In this document: positions 42,689 through 51,748 of the stretch, one piece after another | How the letters are laid out: every line of letters begins with the position of its first letter | Position numbering within the stretch: the stretch's first letter is position 1 | From: Candidatus Bathyarchaeota archaeon | GTDB lineage: Archaea > Thermoproteota > Bathyarchaeia > 40CM-2-53-6 | Direction: 5' to 3' | Assembly: GCA_963780265.1 (NCBI GenBank) | Contig: CAWABQ010000033.1 | Coordinates: forward strand, 3,701 to 67,700 | Length of the DNA: 64,000 nucleotides | The notes under the pieces: generated by a model | Told to the model about the DNA's origin: nothing | What the model saw: the letters and a program-made list of their open reading frames with translations, nothing else | Database searches by the model: none | Program-made: the position numbers and the translations under genes

Positions 42689-43746
42689 AGCCCGGTCCAC
42701 GTTCGGGCAATTGGATGATAGATCATGCCCAAGCCTAGCCTTAGCTCGATGCTCCAAGGGATTAACAATCGCCTAAGTTCCGAATCGGGAGCGCGTCGAG
42801 ATACCTGAATTCTTCTTCGCTCCCGAATGGTATCTTTGATTTGCCTCAGATTCCAGACGTAGGCAGAGAACACGGCACGAATCTCATTTGCATCTTTATT
42901 GACCGTCAAAGCGTATCCCATGTGAAGTACCTTTAGAATCGCGAGAGTTGGAAGGACGGTTAGAAGCGTTTTAGTTTGATAATTCTTTAGCAGTGTTCGG
43001 AACCGGTTGCGCTCCCACAACCCAATTATCCTGCTGCGACCAATTGCCATCATAGTTCCCATATGGTGATGGTAAACTACCGACCTGGGATTGTACGCAA
43101 TTTTGTGGCCCCTTAAAATGAGACGCCAAGAGAAGTCCACGTCCTCATGATAGAAAACGTATGTCTGGTCAAGATATCCGATTTCATCAAATACGGATTT
43201 CCTGATAATGGCGGCTCCGAGACAGCCATAGGGTACATAACAGGGCTGGTCGTACTGGCCACGGTCAATCTCACCTATGCCTCGATTGTAGGCAAAGCCG
43301 TAGAAGTCGCATGCTCCGCCGGCTGAGTTGAGGCGTCCTAGGAAATCGTACATCTTCGGCACCGCCACCGCCACATTTGGGTCTTGGAAGTCCTTCATTA
43401 GCACGTTCAGCCAATTGGGAGTAACCTTCATGTCGTTGTTGAGTAAGCAGACGAACGACGCGTTAGACTTGCTGACCGCTAAGTTAAGGGCCCGAGAAAA
43501 CCCCAGGTTAGCCCCCGTCTCGATCAATTCCACCTTTGGATATTTTCTTCGAACAAAACCCTGAGAGCCATCGGTAGATCCATTATCAACAACATGGACT
43601 CTGAAGTTAGGCCAAGTCATTTTGAAGAGTGATGGTAAACATCGCTTTAGGTGGTTCTGACCGTTGTAATTCAGGACGAAGACCTCGATCTTAGGATTAG
43701 CGTAGCTACGCCTCGCATCATGCGTCGTTGTTCGGCCTCGTGTCAT
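42646..43746 (-). CDS. GT2 glycosyltransferase (WbbL-like)
   Basis: VLNYNG, VVDNGSTDGS, NLGFSRALN, LLNND, YHEDVDFSWR. Confidence 0.92.
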   Translation of the reverse strand: MTRGRTTTHDARRSYANPKIEVFVLNYNGQNHLKRCLPSLFKMTWPNFRVHVVDNGSTDGSQGFVRRKYPKVELIETGANLGFSRALNLAVSKSNASFVCLLNNDMKVTPNWLNVLMKDFQDPNVAVAVPKMYDFLGRLNSAGGACDFYGFAYNRGIGEIDRGQYDQPCYVPYGCLGAAIIRKSVFDEIGYLDQTYVFYHEDVDFSWRLILRGHKIAYNPRSVVYHHHMGTMMAIGRSRIIGLWERNRFRTLLKNYQTKTLLTVLPTLAILKVLHMGYALTVNKDANEIRAVFSAYVWNLRQIKDTIRERRRIQVSRRAPDSELRRLLIPWSIELRLGLGMIYHPIARTWTGLHALTPVSTSMTGR

Positions 43747-43834
43747 GTCCTTACCGCGGTCTCTTCAATCCACATGCTTCAACCTGGTGAGTTTGCGCAA
43801 CGCGGCTCATCTCTTCAGTTCATTCTCCACTTGG

Positions 43835-45195
43835 TCACGGAACCTGCTTGAAGGGGAAGTACCATGCGAAACCAACCAAGACAAGTAGAGCGTACACTAG
43901 CACGACTGATCTCGGAACATGTTTGTTACTGAAAATGAGAGCTATGGCGCCAGCGATGGCGGGCACGGTGTTTTGGAAATAGAAGATATACGAGATTCTG
44001 TGGGAGATGTATGCGAGCGGGAAGAAGGGGAAGTATGTAGCCGCGAACCAACAGAGCAGGAAGAGCGCGAGCTGGCTGTTTCGCTGGTCGTACCGGTAGA
44101 GCACATACGCCATGGCTGGAATGGTTAGGTAGATGATGAAGGGGTTCATGGCGCCCCAGAAAGCTATGGTTTGATAGGTTATGCCCCCCGAACTCACGCT
44201 TACTCCAAGATATGGAATCGGAACCTGATTTAGCAACCAATCAAGCGGCTGGCTTTCGATCCCAGTCGGTACAGGACGAACTAACGCAAGCGTGTATTGG
44301 TAGATGTAGCGTATGTGTGCGAATGGATCACTGCCACTAGCGAATCGATCGAGCACAAGCAAGAGTATGAATCCTGTAGCAGCGTAGTAGAATCCAAATG
44401 GAATAAGCCACTTTAATTTCGGGATCAATGTCGTTCTCCATTTCTTTACCAATTCACTGGGACGCAGATCTCTCAGAAGGTGAAAGATCACTATCACAAG
44501 GAATCCATAGAACCCTCCAATCTTCGTGAGAGTGCTAAGTGCGAGCGCTACGGCAGACAGCCCTGTCTTTCCAAGAAGTACAGGTAGAACCCGAGCACCA
44601 TGAATGCCAGGGTGAAAATGTCAAGAATCGCGATTCTGCTGTCAACATAGACCAACGTATCGAAGCAGAACAAGAAAGTAGCTAGGAGTGAGTATTTCCC
44701 ATTCTTACTTACCCTCTTCATTAGCAAATAGAAGAGTAGAATCGCCAATGAACCCATAATTACGCTCGGGACGCGCCAACCCCAAGCATTGTCACCGAGA
44801 ATTCGCATTGAGGCTGCGATCATCAACTTAGCTAGAGGCGGGTGCTCTTGGTTCGGGTCTGTACCAGGGAGTGCGTTAGGGTACGGTATCCTCGATGGGT
44901 CCGGTCCCTGAGGCCATCCTAGGAGATTCCTCGCTACGTTCACGTAATAGTATTCGTCAAAAATCAGTGTCCCGCCTGTCCCATACCCATTCGGGGCATC
45001 AAGCCAAACGACTCGTAAAGCGATCGAGACAAGAAGCAAAACGAGAAAAAGTCTGTCCCATTTGTAGCCTAAGTTCAGGTCGAAGATAGCTCTTCTTGTG
45101 CTGGTTTTCTCCGGCCCCGTTGTTTCCACTGAGTTTTGCATAACGTGGTCAGCGCTCCTTGGTGCCGCTAAACCTGAAACCGCACCAATGACCAT
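43835..45195 (-). CDS. Dolichyl-phosphate-mannose protein O-mannosyltransferase (PMT/GT39)-like, frameshift near 44560
   Basis: IFDEYYYV, EHPPLAK, GWRVPS, SRIAILD; C-terminal SQPLDW, NPFI, YIFY. Confidence 0.82.
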
Positions 45196-45894
45196 CGCGA
45201 TTTTGACTTGCGACCCTATTTATAACATTCGGGTTCTGCCAACGTTGATAGCACGACATCATCCAGGTTCCACAGGTTTGATATCGAGGGCTGGGTTCCA
45301 CTTTCTTTGTTGGACTAACTCGCCGTCAAACCTTCGAGCATAGCTTTAGGACAATGGATGGACGGACGTCAAAGCGGGAGGTCGGAGAGGTCTTGATGGA
45401 GTATGCTGGCGAGACGTAAAGCCCACCGCCAACTTCATCTCATCGGGCGGCTTCCGCCCCTAGACTACACTGCGCCAAAATCATCAGTTTTCATCCCGAG
45501 TCGATACCGTCGATTAGAACAGCGCCTCACCGCGTCTCCAATGTCTCATTACTTCCACGGATTCCACGCGTGGAATGCCCCAAATTGAAAATGATACTGG
45601 CCCTGCTAACTCGAGGGCGACGAAGGCCGTGAGTCCGGATGCTTTATTCAACTACAAGAAGGCCACAAAAATATGGAGACCTAAACGAAACACCAGTTCG
45701 ACAAATACAACTATCCTATGGTGCTGGTCAAAACACTAAGTTTTCCAGTCGAACGATCGTTGGCGGAATTCTAATCAGTGCGGCCTATAGTGCCAAGGCA
45801 GGAACGAGTTCATCGCTGCATCTTCTACGCAGGCGTCGCTAAAACGGCACGATAGTGAAGGTCGAAGGCATCTGGGAAGGGAATCAACGGCAGA

Positions 45895-46740
45895 TTGGGT
45901 GAGAAGTCACAAAAAAATAATCGGGGAAAAACGGATAAAAACGCTATTCAGCTACATTCAGCGACTTATTTCTTCATTTTCCTCTTTTTATGGCTTTTTG
46001 CCACTGTACGCTTCACCTCGGAACGTTTTGAGCTAGCTAGCCATGAAGTTTGCCGTATACATGGAATTTGCTCAAAAGATAATCGATTGCCCGAACACTT
46101 GGAATTAGTCAATATAAAGGGGTCTGCGACTATGCGCTCTTCACCCTTGTTAACTCCAAGCATTGATGCGAATCCCGACTTTGAGGAATTCGACTTCGAC
46201 GACCGTGAACGCGAGGTCTTGAAGCTACTGTCAAGTGAGCAGAACGCACACTTCTCGTTCCAAGGCTTGAGAAGAAGACTAGGGTTACACCAGGAAACCC
46301 TCACGCGCACCCTCAAACGCCTTGAAGAAGCTCACGTGATTGAAAGGTCTCCGGAAGGGTATAAGCTCAAAGGAAGCAATTACTCATTTGCAGTTCAAAC
46401 TAACCAGCCCTTAGCCAAACCAATAATCGACGCGTATTTGCCAAGTCAAGTTGACGTAACGGTCCTATTCCAGAAGCTTAGGGGCCGGTGGTTCAGCAAC
46501 TTCCGTTGGCTCGGCTACTCCCACGACGGCAACCAGCTCTACATGAGCTGGATCAGCGAAGACGGCCGGATGCAACTTCAAGCCCGAATCGGCGGCGGCA
46601 AAATAATCATAGGCGCCGACTCGTACACAAATCAAACTGAGTCGGAACAGGTCGCCGCGGCCTACCAGCTATTCGACCACATAACGAAAGTTGCCGAAGA
46701 AATGGTGCAAATCGCAAGCCCGGCACCAGTCGCCAACTAA
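45895..46740 (+). CDS. Winged-HTH domain protein (true start probably ATG 46132)
   Basis: FSFQGLRRRLGLHQETLTRTLKRLEE..IERSPEGY. Confidence 0.75.
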   Translation: MGEKSQKNNRGKTDKNAIQLHSATYFFIFLFLWLFATVRFTSERFELASHEVCRIHGICSKDNRLPEHLELVNIKGSATMRSSPLLTPSIDANPDFEEFDFDDREREVLKLLSSEQNAHFSFQGLRRRLGLHQETLTRTLKRLEEAHVIERSPEGYKLKGSNYSFAVQTNQPLAKPIIDAYLPSQVDVTVLFQKLRGRWFSNFRWLGYSHDGNQLYMSWISEDGRMQLQARIGGGKIIIGADSYTNQTESEQVAAAYQLFDHITKVAEEMVQIASPAPVAN

Positions 46741-46935
46741 CCTCTGACTGAGTCCAAGCTTTACCAGTCATTATGGAGCAAATCCCACATGGTTACGTTA
46801 GGTGCTGAACGAATGAAAGCAACATTTGCCTATGATTTGATAAGTCTCGAATCTTCCGTGACTATTCCATGGCATCCAATCGAACGTGAACCCAGGCCGC
46901 TTGAACGTCCACCAGACCGTGGTTCACTGTAAGGC

Positions 46936-47895
46936 TCACAGTTCCGCTCGGATGGCTTCCACTCGCTTCGCCAGTTGCGGGTCGAGTGCCTCATTGAACA
47001 GTTCTGGATGAATAACCTGGGCTAGAGTCCTTATCCCGTCGAAAAGCCTCGGCCCAGAACGGCTGAAGTAATTGTGCCCGTCGGTTGCATAAACTCGGTC
47101 ATTTCGCACAGCGCTCAGACGTTTTGAGCTTGGGGTCTGGAAGAAGTACCTTGCCTGTTCCATTGTTTTACTCGTTGTGAACCCACAGGGCATTAGGACG
47201 ATGACCTCGGGGTCGTACTTCAACACCGAATCCCACTCGATATACCTGGACGGCTGTCCATGTTCGGCAAGCTTATCGATTCCTCCCGCGTATTCTACCA
47301 TTTCAGGAACCCAATGGCCAGCATTCATGATTGGCTTCAGCCACTCAACGCAAAAGACTCGTGGCTTCTGAGAATTTTCAGTTAGTTTTCTGATGGTCTC
47401 CGCCTTATCGTCGAGCTCAGCGATAAGCCGCTCGGCGCTTGCCGGTCGGCCAGCAGCCTTCGCTACGCTTCTGATGTCGCTTTCAATATCGCTCAGTGAG
47501 TGGGGGTTGAGTGAGATAACTTTCACCGGTTTCTCGAGCTGGTTAACGGCAGCGAGGACATCTTCCGCTCCAATGGCGCACACATCGCACAATTCCTGTG
47601 TGATAACCAGGTCCGGGTTCGCATTCCTGAATTCGTCGAATCGTATTTTGTATAGTCTTTCTCCGCGCTTCGTATACTCAATTACCAGTTGGTCGATTCT
47701 CTCGCTTTCCAGTTGCCTCGTGTCGAAAGCAGGTTCAATCATCTTCGGCTTTCCCTTGGCGTCGGGAGGAAAATCGCACTCATGGGACACGCCAACCAGT
47801 TCGCTTCCAAGCCCGAGTGCATAGACGATTTCTGTAGCGCTCGGTAGGAATGAGACAATTCTCAACCCTGCTCCCTCCAAGTCGTAATCCGTCAT
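46936..47895 (-). CDS. BtuF-like cobalamin/Fe-siderophore-binding fold protein, no signal peptide
   Basis: RIVSFLPSATE, VGVSHECDFP, PDLVITQ, FSRSGPRL. Confidence 0.88.
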   Translation of the reverse strand: MTDYDLEGAGLRIVSFLPSATEIVYALGLGSELVGVSHECDFPPDAKGKPKMIEPAFDTRQLESERIDQLVIEYTKRGERLYKIRFDEFRNANPDLVITQELCDVCAIGAEDVLAAVNQLEKPVKVISLNPHSLSDIESDIRSVAKAAGRPASAERLIAELDDKAETIRKLTENSQKPRVFCVEWLKPIMNAGHWVPEMVEYAGGIDKLAEHGQPSRYIEWDSVLKYDPEVIVLMPCGFTTSKTMEQARYFFQTPSSKRLSAVRNDRVYATDGHNYFSRSGPRLFDGIRTLAQVIHPELFNEALDPQLAKRVEAIRAEL

Positions 47896-47949
47896 CTCCG
47901 ATAAGGCTACTTGAAATATTGGGCATTAACCCTTCTTAATGTGAGCCCC

Positions 47950-48129
47950 ATGCCCCGAACCGTTCAATGTGAGATTTGTGGATCCACTTTCTCATGCGGT
48001 AGGGGTAGCAAAGAGTGTTGGTGCAACGAACTATCCTTGAGCGAAACAGCATTGGCGGAGCTGCAGAAACAAGCGAAAGATTGCGTCTGTCCCAGTTGTC
48101 TATCCACGTTTGCGTCCGGTGGCTCTTGA
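47950..48129 (+). CDS. Cysteine-rich CWC-family small protein
   Basis: CEICGSTFSCG..CWC..DCVCPSCL. Confidence 0.8.
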   Translation: MPRTVQCEICGSTFSCGRGSKECWCNELSLSETALAELQKQAKDCVCPSCLSTFASGGS

Positions 48130-48303
48130 ACCGAACTCTTTAGCTGTGGACTAAGTGGACTTCTTTCCATTTTTGGTAAAATCTGGCCCTAAATTCCAAG
48201 GCTTCGGCAGCTGTTTGGCCTGAACTTGCTTTACACGAGCTCACGAAACCGTTTCCGTTCTAACCTCTAGACTCATTAGGAAATCCACCGCATCCTATTC
48301 GAG

Positions 48304-49068
48304 TTGTCTCAATTGGGTTCTCCTATTCCTACACGTAGGTGGAAGGGTTCCGGCGTCTTCATTGCATTAGGCCTCGTAGTGTTCATTCTAGGATCATTCT
48401 ACCCGGCTCCATCAATCACGGCTTCATCACCTGACAACACTTGCATTGGTATCGGGGGTTGGCCCTGCGGATATTCGGGGCCTTTCATCGGCAATTATTA
48501 CGCGGGGTACGCCACCGTAGGTTGTGCTCCAATCAGTCCTAACAATTCCTGCGTTGTGCCACAAATCGCCATGGCCTCAAGTTTCTTAGTTATCCAGAAC
48601 GAACCTTACGTTGTTCGCTGGGCCAATCAAACATTCCAATTTAACAATCAACTAACTGACGGAAGCACCATAAGCGTTTCAGGTAATCTCGTTCCGGTCG
48701 TCTACAACAAGACGGCAGGCTCAACCTACCCGATTTATGCGTCAAACGTGATGGGCCTATGGAATCCACAACCGCAACTTCAAATCCAAAACGTTACTCT
48801 AACAACAGGAACGATATCCTCAACCTGCACAACAACACTAACCTTTACAGTGAGCGGGGCTCCAAATGGAGTTTGGAATTTACCAATGATTCCTACAGGC
48901 GCCTGCTATACCGTTCGAAACATAACGCAACAACCCAATACTTTCGGCAGTGTCGCCATATCGTTTCCAGCTATGCTAGTGGCTTCACTTGTTGGTGGCG
49001 TAGGCTTGGTTGTATTCGGCACGCTAATGTTTGTGAAAAGAACCCGACAGAAACGAGTCAAAAGATAA
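48304..49068 (+). CDS. Membrane-anchored extracellular protein
   Basis: N- and C-terminal TM segments, Cys pairs, Thr/Asn-rich. Confidence 0.65.
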   Translation: MSQLGSPIPTRRWKGSGVFIALGLVVFILGSFYPAPSITASSPDNTCIGIGGWPCGYSGPFIGNYYAGYATVGCAPISPNNSCVVPQIAMASSFLVIQNEPYVVRWANQTFQFNNQLTDGSTISVSGNLVPVVYNKTAGSTYPIYASNVMGLWNPQPQLQIQNVTLTTGTISSTCTTTLTFTVSGAPNGVWNLPMIPTGACYTVRNITQQPNTFGSVAISFPAMLVASLVGGVGLVVFGTLMFVKRTRQKRVKR

Positions 49069-49209
49069 GTAATTCAGGGATGGGTTAGGAGGTTTCAGCC
49101 CGATCTGCCGGTAGGTTTGGCTCTTCCCGGGGCTATTGTCAGGTTCGGTTGTGACACGCAAATCTTCTTAATTCATGCTAACCTTCCCGCAACACGTTTG
49201 GTGTAATGG

Positions 49210-49599
49210 ATGACTGAAAGAAGAATAATCGACGACGCCTCCTTCCCCAACGAATGGCCGAAGAAGGAAGACCACGAAGGCCATGAGGTACGGTGGAAGG
49301 ACGGTGTTAGCAAGGAGTACGGTGTGCACGGTGTCGCTGTCGCGGTTGACTTCGACATTTGCATCGCGGACGGCATCTGCATCTCGGTCTGTCCAGTTAA
49401 TGTCTTTGACAAAATGGACATAGCCGCTGAGCAGGAGAAGATTGACAAGCAGCTTCCGAACGACAGCGGTAAAACGCTGCTGGACCGTTGGAAGGCCGAC
49501 CCGATCCGAGAACGGGACTGCATCTTCTGCCGGGCATGCGAAATCCAATGCCCAGTGCAGGCCATCAAGATCACCGAAGGCGTAGGGCCCTTCGCGTGA
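49210..49599 (+). CDS. Zinc-containing-type dicluster ferredoxin
   Basis: HEGH..GVHG N-terminal extension, DFDICIADGICISVCP, KADP..CIFCRACEIQCP. Confidence 0.88.
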   Translation: MTERRIIDDASFPNEWPKKEDHEGHEVRWKDGVSKEYGVHGVAVAVDFDICIADGICISVCPVNVFDKMDIAAEQEKIDKQLPNDSGKTLLDRWKADPIRERDCIFCRACEIQCPVQAIKITEGVGPFA

Positions 49600-49761
49600 T
49601 CAACCGCCAGCATTCCCCACCCGGGGTCGGATGAGTAGCACAGTTTCCCTACAAAATTACACCACCCACCCCCCTACGCCGCGTCTCTTTACTTCGCCCG
49701 TACTCGCTTTCTTGGTAAAACGCTATATGCGTGCTCTGCAACGATTCTGTAGGGATTAGAA

Positions 49762-50046
49762 TTGGTCATTTTCCTTCTTGCAGCCGGAGCCCTATTGGGC
49801 GCTGCTGCTGGTGGAACGTTAGGTTACGCTGCAGCAGGTTTGACGGGAGCGGGAATAGGTATAGGCGCTGGCGCCCTCGCGGGGTTAGGGATTGGTGCGG
49901 CGGCCTATGCCCTAGGGCCAAGGTACTGGTACCCATATCCAGCATACCCAGGTTACTTCCAAGGTTACAACCCGGGCTACTGCCCAGGCTACTATTACAC
50001 CCCAGTCTACTACCCTGCACGCCGCGTTTTCTACACCTGGGCTTAG
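49762..50046 (+). CDS. Small glycine-zipper plus Tyr/Pro-rich protein
   Basis: GxxxG-rich N-half; YPAYPGY/YNPGYCPGYYY C-half. Confidence 0.6.
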   Translation: MVIFLLAAGALLGAAAGGTLGYAAAGLTGAGIGIGAGALAGLGIGAAAYALGPRYWYPYPAYPGYFQGYNPGYCPGYYYTPVYYPARRVFYTWA

Positions 50047-50293
50047 GACAGAAAAACGCTCTACGCTGATTGCGTAGCGGAGCTTGGAATTTGATTTACC
50101 TTAACGGAACCCTTCGGCCACTGCAAGAATTGTGAGAAGTTTCTCGGGAGAGCGCTGCCATGAAACCTAAGATAACTCTCCGTCCCGGAGAGAGAAGAGG
50201 TAGCAGACTCTCCCAAGAGTGGGGTCTTCAATTCCTTCAATATTAATCATTTACGTGATGCGATGACGCAGCACGTTTGTGAAAGAAGTGTAT

Positions 50294-50423
50294 CACCCGG
50301 CATGTTGCGGTGAGGGTGGATCCACCCTTCAAGGGGTGGTGCCAAACGGTGCCAAACGAAGGTAACCCTCGCCTCAATTTACGCTTCGATCCCCTCATTC
50401 GAAGCGGTCTACAGGCCCGGGTG
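50294..50423 (+). ncRNA. Candidate structured ncRNA (multi-branch)
   Basis: Closing stem CACCCGGGC/GCCCGGGTG plus three internal helices, in an ORF-free intergenic region. Confidence 0.5.
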
Positions 50424-50556
50424 CCCAGACTGCTGGTTGACTATGTGAATCAGTGTGAGTAAGGCCGAGAGCTTGTTTTGTGCGCTCGCAATTTGGCGGC
50501 GCGGCTGTCAAGCTTAAAGATGCAGACGCCGCGCTCGAACACCGTGGTACATTGAC

Positions 50557-50931
50557 TTGAAACCTATTCCAATCTTGGGGACGGTTGTTTTGCTAGGCGC
50601 AGTAGTTCAGCTCATCTTGGGTTTTGTGGTGGCCGGCGGTATGGATTCTCTTGTTGGAGTTCACATTCTGTTCGGAATTGTCGGGTTGGCCTTGGTAATT
50701 GCGCTCGCTGCTATCGCTTTCAGGGCTAAGACTGCTACATTATACTCGAAGCTCACCATGATCATTCTCACACTCGTAGTTCTAGCTCAAGCAGGCCTCG
50801 GTTTTGAATTGCTCAGCGGGGCAGAAGGCCTAGCTCTTCCGCATGAGGCGAACGGGTTGGTGGTCGTCATCCTCTCGTTGCTTGTGGGTGGAATAACCTT
50901 CTGGAGCGCGAAGAGGAGAGTCAAGGTCTAA
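50557..50931 (+). CDS. 4-TM membrane protein with two intramembrane His
   Basis: Four hydrophobic helices; GVHILFG and LPHEANG. Confidence 0.7.
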   Translation: MKPIPILGTVVLLGAVVQLILGFVVAGGMDSLVGVHILFGIVGLALVIALAAIAFRAKTATLYSKLTMIILTLVVLAQAGLGFELLSGAEGLALPHEANGLVVVILSLLVGGITFWSAKRRVKV

Positions 50932-51014
50932 TTGACTCAGCGGTAGTTTCTTGCATTAGCTTTATGTCGCATTGGGCCTACGAAGTTTCCGTGCGGGGTA
51001 AGACTTTGGCTCAT

Positions 51015-51208
<194 letters not shown>

Positions 51209-51334
51209 ATCCACGCTTCGGATGGAGCACGCGGTCAGGGTAACGGGAGAAAAGCAGATTAACAACATATATGCATATCCTTATATGCGCAAAGCAACTA
51301 TGATGTCTTGTGGATTCGATATGAAACTAAGAGA

Positions 51335-51418
51335 GCATTTCTTTACTAAGAAGAGTAGATTTGAGAAGCTGAAAGGGCATTTCTCTACTAAGAAGAGTAG
51401 ATTTGAGAAACTGAAAGA
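51335..51418 (+). repeat. Two tandem 42-bp repeats
   Basis: GCATTTCT(T/C)TACTAAGAAGAGTAGATTTGAGAA(G/A)CTGAAAG(G/A) x2, inside the possible ORF 51321-51437. Confidence 0.9.
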
Positions 51419-51748
51419 GCGTATACGTGACATTTAGGTAGGTACGAGGAACATATTTTCGCGCAGCAAGCAAGAAGAAAGCTAGGTCAAGGCTACTTAC
51501 TACAATCACGACGTTATATGTACCAGTAAAGTGGGGTTCGAATCCCCCGACCCATCTCTGAGTGTAACGCGCTACTTGCGGATTATGAGGGTTCAAACGA
51601 GGGTGTAAAGCTACTCCCCCGCACCATTTCCGCGATGTTGCGTCATCGTACCTACCATGAACTTTAGCTGGTGATACCTGGTCCGCTACAAAAGAAAGAT
51701 GAGAAAAGAGTGTCGGTGACTCAAGTTTGTTTCTTCGTTGCCACGATT

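Noticed and set aside
45240-46130. Long ORF-poor region with GGGCGG/CCGCCC hairpin and a tRNA-like GTAGTCTAG on the minus strand
   Set aside because: No matching acceptor or T arm and no extended fold could be established by eye; left unassigned.
50971-51014. Hairpin immediately 5' of the tRNA as a fifth intron or split-tRNA leader
   Set aside because: Its 3-nt bulge has the wrong orientation for a BHB, and the tRNA is already complete without it.
51335-51418. 42-bp repeats as a CRISPR array
   Set aside because: Only two abutting copies, no spacers and no cas genes in the window.
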